A stretch of DNA of 63,407 nucleotides, counting the filler, from Vannella sp. (Eukaryota): the NCBI GenBank assembly GCA_023345925.1. It is 5 parts of 5 records of this genome, joined end to end, with 100 filler letters (N's around TTAATTAATTAA, not from the genome) between each part and the next. Parts side by side here need not be neighbours in the genome. Positions count along the whole stretch, not along the records: positions 1 to 22,567 come from JAJQQN010001449.1; 4 more parts are not named here. One strand, 5' to 3'. This document shows positions 1 through 12,658 of the stretch, one piece after another. The notes under the pieces are model-generated. The model was not told the origin of the DNA and did not search any database. It saw only the letters and a list, made by a program, of their open reading frames with translations. How positions within the stretch are numbered: position 1 is the stretch's first letter; each line of letters opens with the position of its first letter. The position numbers and the translations under genes are program-made.

Positions 1-124
1 CCATGCTGCGTAAGCGAAAAAGAGTGCCAAGCCGACGAAACTTTGGTGAGATCGAGTTTTCAAGGAATAAAAAAAAAAATCCTGACCGGGTTCAACAATT
101 GTTTGGTGGGAAGGAGATAATAAT

Positions 125-685
125 TTATGATTGAGGTGGTTCTTGAGTGCGATCGTTTTGAAGTGCAAGATACTCGCGCAATTGGTCTTCGTCGATGCCG
201 AGGATCTTCATCACACGGACATCACGAGGAGCAACGCCAAGAATTTTTTGCAATTTCTCTGACTCCACTATGGCACTCTTCTCAGAGGATGAGATGTTGA
301 CGGGGTTTGCCGACAAAGCCATGTCCATGAGCGCCTTTTGACAGTCGTTTAGGAACTCCTCTCGAGAGACCTTTCCTTGCGCAATGGCTTCTTCCAACTC
401 CTCCAAGGTGAGACCAAGTTGTTTCATCAGGCGTGGGTGGGAAGGATCGTAGCCGAGCTGGTTCAGGCATTTGGGGCTCCCTCTGAGTGCTGGGTTACTC
501 ATTATCCGAGCATCAGCCTCTCTGCGATACGCCTCCACAGAAGCCACTTCACTCTCTGCCACAGCGGCTTCCAACTCCTCTGCAGAGACACCCAACTTCT
601 TCATCATGGAGATCTTACTCGGAGTCGTCCCCAGCAAGTCATACGCCTTCTGGCTCGGTTTCCTCGCGGGTGGCGAATCCCCCAT
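125..685 (-). CDS. Hypothetical protein with three copies of a ~34-aa repeat (SxKx3LGx2Px3hMKxLGhx3hxE)
   Basis: Open frame from the first ATG at 685 to TAA at 125; the internal repeat is visible in the translation. Confidence 0.7.
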   Translation of the reverse strand: MGDSPPARKPSQKAYDLLGTTPSKISMMKKLGVSAEELEAAVAESEVASVEAYRREADARIMSNPALRGSPKCLNQLGYDPSHPRLMKQLGLTLEELEEAIAQGKVSREEFLNDCQKALMDMALSANPVNISSSEKSAIVESEKLQKILGVAPRDVRVMKILGIDEDQLREYLALQNDRTQEPPQS

Positions 686-763
686 CCAAAAGGAGTACCA
701 CAAAGTGCCTAACCTGGTTTGCCTCTACAATTGCATCAGCCTTTGCGCCAACCCAACGCCCGA

Positions 764-792
764 CCAATCCACTTGCTCCTGATTCAACCAAT
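764..792. promoter_or_regulatory. Paired CCAAT boxes in a divergent promoter
   Basis: CCAAT at 764 and 788, between divergent ATGs at 685(-) and 890(+); the same motif recurs upstream of many genes in the window. Confidence 0.4.
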
Positions 793-889
793 CACAATCC
801 ACCTTCCAAAGATAATCACTTGAGCGGTTCTTATCCACTCCTCTGTTGCTGTAAAAATATATCCGTTATATCAAAATCTCATTTTTGTG

Positions 890-1908
890 ATGGCCTTTGG
901 GAAGTGGTTGTTGGTGCTGGTGGCGCTGTGCTTCTGCTACGAGATTCATGGGGCAGGAGGGAAGCGCTTGATGGTGTGGATGTGCCTGGAGATGTGGTTC
1001 GTATTCTTCTTTGTTGAGGAGTCCTTGGGAGCCCCCTAACCAGAGGGAGAAAGTCCTGGAGGGAATAGCACGAGCATTGAGGGCTACTTGCAGCAGATTG
1101 CGGACAACAAAGACATCTTGACCTCCGTATCTTTCGAGCGGTACCGTCTGGGAGAGAACTCAGCTCTCCTCTTGAGTAACGTCTCCGTCGTAGCACCGCA
1201 AATCCAAACCTTGGGCCTGGAGACTTGGTACGTCCTCCTCACTTGCTTCTTGCTTCTTCTTTTCTCATATGCTTGTCTTCTAAAGGCCAATGGTCTCTTC
1301 GTTCCCGTACCCGCCAGAGTTCATCCTCTGGATGCGCCAGGTCTTCAGTAACCCTCAGCCGTTCATCCTCGCGTGCATTCGAGACGCTAAGGAGTACGGA
1401 TACACCGGTTTCAACATCGATTGGGAGCCTGCAGAGGGCGCCACCAGCTTGGATGCGAAGAATTACGCCAAATTCCTTGACACCTTGTCCCGCTCGCTCC
1501 ACAAGGAAGGCATCAAAGTGTCTGTAGACTTTGCAACCTGGAGTCCTATCTGGAACGTGCCAGCGTTAGCCGAAACGTCCGTGGACTACATGTTGGACAT
1601 GGGCACTTACACCGGTTCTGACACTTCCTTTACTTCCCAGCTGCAGACGGTACGTTCCCAGGACTACTACACTCTTTCAGAGACTAATTGAATGCTCTCT
1701 GGGCCAGGCTGTGACTGAGGTCGGTGTAGAGCGCCTGGGAGTGGGTTTGGAGGTGCTGGACACATCCACAAACGAGCCAATGACTGCTGAGAAGCTGGCC
1801 TCGCGTATCCAACAGATCGAAAGCTACAACTGCAATGAGATTGACGTCTGGGTGGAGCCCCTTCCCCAATACTGGTGGGATCAGCTTCGCGATTGGGTTC
1901 ATTCGTAA
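890..1908 (+). CDS. Secreted glycoside hydrolase family 18 (chitinase/chitobiase-like), 3 introns
   Basis: Signal peptide MAFGKWLLVLVALCFC and GH18 catalytic motif GYTGFNIDWE; exons join through GT-AG introns near 996-1051, 1228-1285 and 1650-1707. Confidence 0.8.
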
Positions 1909-2894
1909 GAGTGCCCATCCTGGCTGTCCGCAGAGGAGCGTACCAAGTCTCGGTGCATAAAGTGCGCTAAACTGACCCGGCTTGCGTGTCGACGAGAAGC
2001 AGCTACTCGATGAGGAGCCGCACGGATTCCCAAAGACGGCTGGAACTTTGTCAAGTGGTTGCCCAGTAACACAAGTACGATACGCGCTCGCCATAGATCG
2101 AAGCTGGTATCTCGTAAGCTGTTCCACATCTCCTCCTCGATGTTGCGCCAGTGACCAACGGTTGTTTCCACTCTCAGCCCGTCCATGTTGCTAGATTGAC
2201 CCGTTGGAGGGACGGATGCGTACCATAGAGACGGTATAATGAGTAAGGTGATGGTGCTGTGGTCCACGTGAGGATACATCGGCGCTGGATGAGAGGAGAA
2301 GAAGTTGATGAGAGTTTCGTGATTGCATTCGCCTGATTCAAGTCTCCTTCGTAGGGGAGAGTCTATCAAGGGCCCTGGAAGAATGTGTGATAGTATAGTG
2401 AGAGATCCCTCGCTAAGGGAGGCTGTTATCTCCTCTGCAAGTGCGCGCACAAGGGGAGGGAGAGTTTGCATTGTTCCGGTCTCTTCTGCTGCATCAGAGT
2501 CGAGAAGGAAGCTACTTGAAGGGTCCTTAAGGGACCTCATCATCTCAACCGATCCAAAGGCAGCGATCTTAGTCAGCGAGCTTCGTTTGGAGAAGAATTG
2601 GACTCCCAAAGAGGTCGGATCATCTTCTTTGTCGCGTGGAGTCGAGTTACAAGCTTTCATGCGCAAGAGAGAGAAGGATTCGTCTCTCCAAAGCGCCTCA
2701 ACCAACTCATGTGGCCTCCAGTTCGAAGACAAGCCTCCATTTTGAGCGATCTCTTCAAAGGAGGCCAAATGGAAGCCTTCCTGAAGCAACCCAGGATACA
2801 AACAAGCTCCCATTCTCCTCTTCCACACCTCCCCCTTGCACAACCGTGCTGACAATGCTGCCATACCCAACCGCGCCGCCAATGCCGCCCGCAT
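1899..2894 (-). CDS. 2-oxoglutarate/Fe(II)-dependent oxygenase (IPNS-like)
   Basis: HxD motif (PHVDHSTITLL), distal His (PHRV) and RxS (RVSL); Arg/Ala-rich N-terminus resembling a targeting peptide. Confidence 0.75.
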   Translation of the reverse strand: MRAALAARLGMAALSARLCKGEVWKRRMGACLYPGLLQEGFHLASFEEIAQNGGLSSNWRPHELVEALWRDESFSLLRMKACNSTPRDKEDDPTSLGVQFFSKRSSLTKIAAFGSVEMMRSLKDPSSSFLLDSDAAEETGTMQTLPPLVRALAEEITASLSEGSLTILSHILPGPLIDSPLRRRLESGECNHETLINFFSSHPAPMYPHVDHSTITLLIIPSLWYASVPPTGQSSNMDGLRVETTVGHWRNIEEEMWNSLRDTSFDLWRARIVLVLLGNHLTKFQPSLGIRAAPHRVAASRRHASRVSLAHFMHRDLVRSSADSQDGHSYE

Positions 2895-2945
2895 GCGGAG
2901 GGAAAAGGAATGCACCTCAAGCCAATACCTTTCTGGGCTCCTCGT

Positions 2946-5900
2946 TTACTGGGAAGATGGCAGGAGAACGATGTCAAACAATGGAGGAATAACAATGGCA
3001 GCAGCAATGATGTGAGTCAGCTGACAAGCGTCGTTGTCGTCACCAAAGGACTGGAAACGATATTGGAGGTGAATCAGGTTGTGGTAGACTGAGAAGGTGC
3101 GGCTTTCACATTCCATCACAGAGGAAACACCGTAGATATACAGAGGAAGCACTAAATCACCTGCCAGCATGCCATTCTCGGAGATTAAGGCCGCCAGCGC
3201 TCGCACATGCTCCGTACAGTTCTCTGCCTGAGTGAGGAGTTCTGTGAGGGGCTGCGTATGAGCACATTGAGCTATCTCTACAATGAGTGTTAATAATGGC
3301 CCCAACACTTGCTTAAAGTCGGGATGCTGCTCCAAAGTAGCCAACATTGCTTCTCTAGTATTTCACTTTTGGTTAATACACTTCTCTTTTGAGGTACTGG
3401 ACCTACCCTGGTGCAATGAAGGCCGAGAATAGATCATTTGGATGCTTTTCGAAGCAGTCTGAGAGTTTCTGGAGGTCTAAAGAGACGCGATGCTCCAAAA
3501 AGGGGGCTGCTTTGAGGAAGTAGCTTTGCGAGGTTTCTGTGAGAGGAGAGTAATTTGTCGTCAGGACAACGGTGTTTCCCATGGTGCACACGAGTGGTGC
3601 AATCCGAAGGGGTGTGTTATCCTCGGTCAGTGTCATACGGAAGAGAGGCTCACACTTGGAGGCATCCCAAAGCATCACTTCTCCGCTACTGGAGGACGAG
3701 CAGATGATGATTTGGCCGTTCTTATGTTGAATGGAGCAGCAAGCAATGATTCTCCCTGAATGTCCTTGTAGATTGCACGCACGGAGGAGAACATCTCCTC
3801 TTTGTGGACTCAAAAACCAAACTGAAATGACTGGCGAGGTAGCACACCATGATAGCAGCATCGACGTCCTTTTGACAGAATAAAGCCCAGATAAAGAACT
3901 CCCCCCTAACTCCTCGTTGGAGTTCCAGATAGAAAGAACCTCTGCTGTTTGAGAGGCCAAAATATAAACCCATCTGCCTCGGCTAGCGAGAACATACTCG
4001 CCATGAATCTCTAAGCATTGAATCGGAGTAGAATTGTCATCTTCGGAGGCTTCCTGGTCGCACTGATACAAAGGAATTCGGCGGTGAGAGAAGGTGACTG
4101 GGTTCCAGAGCGTTAGATATGTTTCTCCTCGTGTGAGTGTCCAAACTTGTGCGGAGATCGTTCTGTTGTTTGAAACTTTGATGGAAGTGATTTCACTTCG
4201 ATGAGAGAAGCTTTGGTGAAGTTGTGCGGTCTGTGCGTTCCAAACGCACATTTCGCCGTCTTTGCAGGAACTCCACACAAAGCTTTCTCCCTCTAAAGAG
4301 CTGACCTCCGCCATACATAATATACTGTCATTATGAGCACGCCATCGGAGGATGCTTGGGAGTGTCACAAAGTTCTTTTCATGATCTCCAAGATGGTGCC
4401 AGGCAATCTGTCCATTTTCATAGCCCACCCAAGCAACTGTAGTCGAAAGGGCTGTGATACAAGTTACAGCATAGCCTCTGCGGTGATTTGATTGTCCACG
4501 GAGGGTAAAAAAGTCGTTCTCTTCCTTGTAAGAGGAGGAAGGGATAAAGAAGCTATCAAAGGAGTGAGAGTGAGACTCTCCACTCTCTATCGAAAGAGAC
4601 AAGGGAAGAGATAGTGTCTTGTTCTTTCCCTCCAGCCACGCTTTGTTATCATCCCATACTGAGTCAATGAAGAACGCCATATGATCTGGGATCAGAAGAG
4701 GGAGCCACAAAGGAAGAGTCCAGTCCCTTTGCCAGTCCAATTCAGGCTTTTCACTACTTTGGTGAGGGTATGGACAATGAATGAAGTTCTCATGTTTTCT
4801 ATGCGCCCGAAGAAGCTGAGATAAATGAAAGTGGTGAGGAGCCGTCGATTTCTCTTGTAGACAGTGATAACACGGAATCCACTGAGAAGTGCTGTCAAAA
4901 AGGTGAGGGAAGTAACAGAGAACCATATTCTGGACGAGAATGACCAAGTCGTAAAGAAGGAGCTTGTGGGGATTAATAATGAGCTGTTTCTGGGCGCTTC
5001 CTCGGTAAAGCAACGAGGTAGGCAACACACAGTGGACTTGCACTTCGTGTACAATGTGCCCTGCAACGACAGGAGTGTGTGTGACGACGGCAATTTGCCC
5101 TTCTCTTCTGATGGCAACTCCATATCGCCAAATATTGAGGGGCTCCACTTCATTCATGGACAAGATGCGGGATATAATACGACTAAAGAGGCCATCAGGC
5201 AGGAATCCAAAGCGGTAAACGCGGGAGTGTTCAAAAGTAGCTTCTTCGATTGCGGGAGTTTGCCACAAGTGGGAGGTTCGTAGAGACGGGGGAAGGTTAT
5301 TGGGAATCACAGAGCTCCCATCTGGAAGCAGATGGACTAATCCAAGCTGTTGAGAGATTATTAACACTTTCTCCATGAGAGCAGCGTCTTGTTTTGGTGA
5401 GAAGGCACCTCTGGTCATCCACAGATGGATCTCTGTGGAAAGCCAAGCAGAATCTAAGATGACTGTCTCTTTTAAGTCGCTGTCGTGATCAGGAAAGTAG
5501 TTCAAAGTCCCAATGTCTCGCAGAAAGTTGGTCATTTTGGCACGTTCTCTTTTGTCAGTGACCCCGTGGACCTCTGCCACCTTGATAAACTCGTCCAGTC
5601 CCAGTAGCTTCTTGTTCTTTTCACGACACTTCCATTGAAGATGCTCATTCACGCGCATCCATTGGGCTGAGCCGACGGGCTGGATGATGCTGGCAAGGTG
5701 TGTGAGCTTCTCTCTCAGTTCTGGCATTCCCTCCCATGTTCTGCAGCTGACTGAAAAGGTTTGCTGTACAATTCCACGGTAACGGTTGAGTGGATAGCGT
5801 TGAAGAATGGTCTTTTGAAGAAGAAGGAGCTCCTCTTCCACCAGTTTGTTCTGCATACAGTCTTGGTGCGTTCCCACAAATACAATTGGTGTTTTGGTGC

Positions 5901-7829
5901 CGTTAGATCCACTAACAACAATTTGCTGCACCCACTCATCCATGGATGGGAGCTGATCTTCCCACTTAGTAAGGTCAAACACTAAAAGGTAAATTGAGTT
6001 GGCTGTGAGGAAGCATTGATGAAGAGGGAACATTTGCCGGTTTGAGCTGAAGATAATGAGATTCAGAGTAGTGAATAGGAGCGGCTTACCACATGTCCCA
6101 CAGAGAGAAGATAAGCGGGTTTTGCTCCCAGGTAATGAACCGCTTCAACATGCCACTGAAACAAACGTTCTTCTCGACTCTCAGTGCGTCCGTTGGTGTG
6201 TACTTTTTGCAAAAAGAGGACTTATTCTGCGTGAGAACTTTTGAGAGTGTGGTTCTGAATGATGCGTTCAGTAACTTTCAGTTCCAATGGCGAAGTTCCT
6301 ACTTTCCAGCACTTGGAGGACCCACTAAGATGATCTTTCGCTCTCTCCAGTCAATAGCGTTCTTGCGAAGCATTTGTAGATGCTTCTTGAGGGTTGCCCA
6401 ATCCTTTTTGATGGATTCGGGAAAGTCTCTGAGTGGATTTCCGTTGAAGATAACTTCCTCTAGTGCAGGGGCTAGGAGGATGGCAGTGGGGAGTGACTGG
6501 AGCTGATTGTTTTCAATATGGATAGTTCTAAGTTCGGTAAAGGTCTTCCAATAGTTGTCTGCTGTTGGTAACCAGTCCAACTGGGATCCTTGGAGGTCTA
6601 AAAAAACCGTATCTGGTCCAGGAATGCTTTGCCTTACAAGCCAAGCCGCAGTGGTCGCTGGAATAGAGTCATAACACACCCCGCGGTACTCAAGCTTGAC
6701 TGTCTTCTCGAGCATATACTTCAACAGCACTAAATTGTTCCTTTCTGCGACAAGCTGGATGGGCGATTTCTTCTTCTAATAGCGTTATCCTCTGATTAGC
6801 ACAAGAGGAGCATTCCAGACAGCCAAAAGTCACCTTATCGAGAGAACCTAAATCTGCCGAATTGTCGAGAAGCAGCTTGACGACTGCTTTTCTCTTGTGG
6901 TAGCAAGTGTAGTGCAATGAGGTCCTTCCATTCTTCGGGGAGTGAGTTTAGGTGGCATTGGACCAAGGCATAAGTCAATAACTCACTTTGTCAGTTGCAG
7001 TAACGTCTGATTTCGACTCAATTAGAAGCTTGGTGGCACCCAGCTGGCCAGCAAAGCATGCCTTATGAAGAGGAGTCTGCTTTTGGTTGTCTGAAAGATG
7101 AACAAGTCCTTCACTGTTCGAAATAAGCACTTCCATCGCTGGGACATCTCCAAGACGGGCAGCAAAGTGAAGCGCCGTCTCTCCATTCTACTAGAATAAG
7201 GCGCTGATTCCCTTCTCTAAGACCAAGGCTTACAGTGTCCCTGAGCTCCGGCTTTGCGCCATATCGGAGGAGAAGTTGCGCGGCGTCCTTGCGGGCGATC
7301 TGGTTGTTTGAGAAGATGCTATGGAGGGGAGTTCGATCATTCTGTTGATCCAGTAAGTCACTCTCCTGACAGTCTGGAGGGTGAGGCTCACCTGGGCTAG
7401 AACATTGGGATCGGCTCGGTTCATTAACAGAAGCTCAAGCAGTGCCATGTTGCCGTTCGCTCCTGTAGCATGGAGAACTGTTGCGTGGTGCTTCATAGAG
7501 TGTGAACGAGCGGAAGGGAGGGCTTGGGATGGAGTAGAGAGGAGCTTTACCTTGTCCTTGACGGTGATGTCGGCTTTCCAACGGAGAAGGAGCTGTGCAA
7601 GGAGGGTATTGTTGAAGAAGCACGCGTACTGAAGAGCAACGCGTCCAGTCTGGCAGCCTTCCCGTTACATTTCTCCTTCCCAATCGAACTTGCAGTAAAA
7701 GCTCACCTGATCCGCCTCATGGAGGCACGCTGTGTCCTCCTCGAGTATAGCATTCACGCGATCTGCATCGCCTCGCTTAATGGCACTTATCAGCCCCTGT
7801 TGAGGAGTCCCGCTCACCCAAGCGGACAT
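2946..7829 (-). CDS. Multi-exon Roco-family protein: ankyrin repeats-LRR-Roc-COR-WD40-VPS9-like, with no kinase
   Basis: Ankyrin exons at 6750-7829; LRR (NNQLQSLP..NGNPL); spliced P-loop GPPSAGKTT; SIYLLVFDL and FVGTHQD (Roc); COR ending WIPCYHC; WD40 repeats; intron 3355-3406 joins ORF 2946-3347 in frame. Confidence 0.85.
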
Positions 7830-8709
7830 CCAAAGACTGAATTGCTCCCAATTCCCTTCTTTTACCCTTTCTCCCCTTGAAATTCATCTCACCAAGACCT
7901 CACATGAGATAGGAAGGAGTTTGGGGGTTCACAAAATAGACCAATCAGAATGCAGCGGGAACTTGATTGGTCGAACAGGTTTGCTCTTTATGACCTCGAA
8001 CTTGTTCGTTTCAAGCAAGATTTGATGGTTTAGTCCCAACAACAACAGAATGAAGTCATGGAGCCGATCTGGTCCAGTTCGGGAGGCAGAGGCCCTCTGA
8101 ACACACAGGCTGAAGAGCCTCTTTATGAGCGATAATGAGAGAGGCCTCTCCAGGCTCCTTCTCCCGAGTGAGAAAGCAATGCCACCAGTTGTCCGAGCCA
8201 TCCAGAGCGGAGGGGGACATCAAGCTTCCAGAAGTGGAGTAGGAGACACAGTCAGAGGCAGGTTGTGCTCATAAATGTGAGGGACATGCGTTAGTGGGCA
8301 CTATCTGTGAGGGTATGACGCGCACATGGAGCGATCTCGTTCATTCTCGTTTAAAACCCGTTCTCGTGACAATCATGGTCAACAGCAATTCAGCAAATCT
8401 CACAAAAACTCATTTTCTAGCCAATTGTGATGGAAGAGACCCTTTTCAGAAATGGGAGTTGATGTTGGCTTGGTCACTCCCCTCCTCCACTTTCCTTGCT
8501 GCCTTGACCAAGCCTGCAACTTGATTAAACGCCTCTGCTGCTGTCATTGTAATCGTTTTCCTGGCCAAGGGCGCACTCTCGATTGCTTCCTTGGTGATGC
8601 ACGGGAAAGCCTGGATGAAGCTCCAAGCAAGGCCACGTTCCTTTCTATGTCCCCAACTAAAGCAAGAGAGTAACGTTGGAATGTTGAGGGAATGTGAAAG
8701 GCATTTCGG

Positions 8710-8757
8710 CAGGAATGGCACGAATGGAATGAACGGAATGGCACGAATGGAATGGCC
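8710..8757 (+). repeat. GGAAT-rich direct repeat (GGAATGGCACGAATGGAATG x2)
   Basis: Seen directly in the sequence. Confidence 0.6.
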
Positions 8758-9498
8758 ATATTCAGTGAAGCGGAACTTTGGCGAGACCGGTCTCGCTGTC
8801 TAGACTGCAGTGGCTCGCGATCCCAGGAAAGTAAAGGAGAAAGAGGGCTTCCTGCTCATCATTCTCCTCTCTTCTACAAAGTGGTAACACTTGTACTCAA
8901 GCGAACCAGGGATGACCTTTGGGACCCAGCTGATGGACTTAAGAGTTGGGAGAAGAAGACATTACATTACATTGTACACATGAGCGATACACTTGCTCAC
9001 ACCACTAATGACTGCAGGAGGGCGGAGGCTGCACCTCGAAGGGGTCGGTGGAGATGGCGTTTCTCCGTCGGCTGTTTTGTGGGGGAACTACGAAGCTCCG
9101 AACTTGCACCGGAACTTGTTTCTGGGTGGAAGCAGGCTCTTGGCTTCCAATAGCATGCCTTAGTGGGAAACTCTCGATGGACACTGTCATCAGGGGACAA
9201 ACGAATGGTCGGAAATACTTGGCAAGCAGCGGAATACCAGAAATCAACTCCGGCATTCCAATCGGAGTTGAACATTCCGAGAACGTAATTCCCGATTAGC
9301 ATTGCCAACATTCCATTATGTTTAAGAACTCTGATTATAATTGTTTCATGGGTTTTACTATTAGATTAGTGATTACCGAATGTCACTATCATGGTCGAGG
9401 ATTAGCTGAATTCGATGTCGACTGTTTTACTTAGCTGAAAGGGATCTTGGCTGGAGACCGCAAACACTTACAACAGTTCACTTCACAATCTTTCCTTG

Positions 9499-10875
9499 AT
9501 GGGGCAGGCGCTGTCTTTGTGGGGATGGGGCTTCTCGTGGGGTTGGGGATGGCCATTTACAAGGAGAACCATTGAGAAAGACATTTGGGCGGCGTATGTT
9601 GTCCGAGCGAGTGGACAAGAAGCAGAGTCCCTCTTTCGCTTTCCTTACCGCATTGACGAAGCTAGCGCCTTGGTCAAACGCTTCCGCTGTGACTCGCTCT
9701 CGTCCTACTCCGTCCTGTCTGCTGATGAACCACTACGGGATGAACTCCAGAAGCTTGTGTTTGGCGAGGGGAAGCTCCTCCACGACGCTTTATCCTCGCG
9801 AGAACGGCGCGCTCTCGCTTGCTTCCTTGGTATGGCATTGGGAGACGCTCTTGGAGCGCCTTTGGAGTTCTCCTCTCTTCGTTACAACGAACAAACCATC
9901 ACAGGCTTCTCTGACAGCACCCAGTGGCAGTGGCCTTTCAATAAGTTCAACTTAAAGCCTGGACAGTGGACAGACGACACGAGCATGGGCCTCTGTCTGG
10001 CTGAATCTCTTCTCGTTCATCCTAACTTTGATCCTATTGACCTCCGTGTGCGTTTCCTCAACTGGTGGCACTTTGGATACCGAAATGCCTTCGGTGCGGA
10101 TGACTTACGGACCTCTGTGGGCCTAGGAGGCTGTATAGGCATGTCCATGACTGAGTTCCAAGAAAAAAAGACGGAATACACCGTTGCTGGTGACAAGAAC
10201 ACCTCTGGGAACGGTTCCATCATGCGTTTAGCTGCCGTTCCCGTTTGCTTCCATGACAACCTTCCTAAAGCATTGGAAGTGGCATACAACCAGAGCAAGA
10301 CTACTCACCAAGGTGAAGAAGCAGCAGAATGTGCCCGCTTGATGACGATGATCATCGTTCAGCTCATCAATGAGTCAGAAAGTGCTCCTGCGGAGCGTAA
10401 AGAGCGCGTGCTGGGCCAGATCGGAGACAAGTTCGAGACTAAGTTGTATAGTATCCAATGCATGGCTCATGCGCGATGCGAAGAGCCCCACGAGCAGAAT
10501 ACAGGCCAAAAGCTTGACGATCGCAAGTGGAACTGGAAAGAGGCGGACTTCCGCTACTCCGAGACCAGAGCTAAAGCACAGCCCGGCTACATTGGCTCCT
10601 ACTGTATGGACGGTCTTGCCATGGCTCTACACTGCGTCTGGAGCACGCAGTCCTTCTCCGAAGCGCTCCTCAAAGTCATCAACTTACGTGGAGACTCAGA
10701 CACCGTTGGCTCTATCACCGGGCAGATCGCCGGTGCTCTATACGGGGTTGAAGACATACCAACTGACTGGATCGCCACTGTACAACGCTGGGACCGACAA
10801 GGTGAGATCCTCCACACAGCTGCGAAGCTCTTCCGCCACTCCCCCGTCGTCCTTTCAGGTGCTGAGAGTCCATAA
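9499..10875 (+). CDS. ADP-ribosylglycohydrolase (ARH/DraG family)
   Basis: Motifs GDALGAPLE, GQWTDDTSM, GNGSIMR, TTH and RGDSDT. Confidence 0.92.
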   Translation: MGQALSLWGWGFSWGWGWPFTRRTIEKDIWAAYVVRASGQEAESLFRFPYRIDEASALVKRFRCDSLSSYSVLSADEPLRDELQKLVFGEGKLLHDALSSRERRALACFLGMALGDALGAPLEFSSLRYNEQTITGFSDSTQWQWPFNKFNLKPGQWTDDTSMGLCLAESLLVHPNFDPIDLRVRFLNWWHFGYRNAFGADDLRTSVGLGGCIGMSMTEFQEKKTEYTVAGDKNTSGNGSIMRLAAVPVCFHDNLPKALEVAYNQSKTTHQGEEAAECARLMTMIIVQLINESESAPAERKERVLGQIGDKFETKLYSIQCMAHARCEEPHEQNTGQKLDDRKWNWKEADFRYSETRAKAQPGYIGSYCMDGLAMALHCVWSTQSFSEALLKVINLRGDSDTVGSITGQIAGALYGVEDIPTDWIATVQRWDRQGEILHTAAKLFRHSPVVLSGAESP

Positions 10876-10963
10876 ACAAGTTGTATCGATGATGTGACTT
10901 GTCTGCCTCTCATCCGAGGCGATGGGAGACGGAAACGGAACACTTTGGGGGCGCCTTGAGGGG

Positions 10964-12621
<1,658 letters not shown>

Positions 12622-12658
12622 AGGGAGAAAGTTTGAGAATAGTTTAGTGAGGGAAAGG

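Noticed and set aside
2895..2950. In-frame TAA between ORFs 2946-3347 and 1899-2915, suggesting stop read-through or a variant genetic code
   Set aside because: ORF 2946-3347 splices cleanly onto the Roco gene as its last exon, and TAA, TAG and TGA all terminate conserved genes here (RIO2, H4, ALG13, UGP1).
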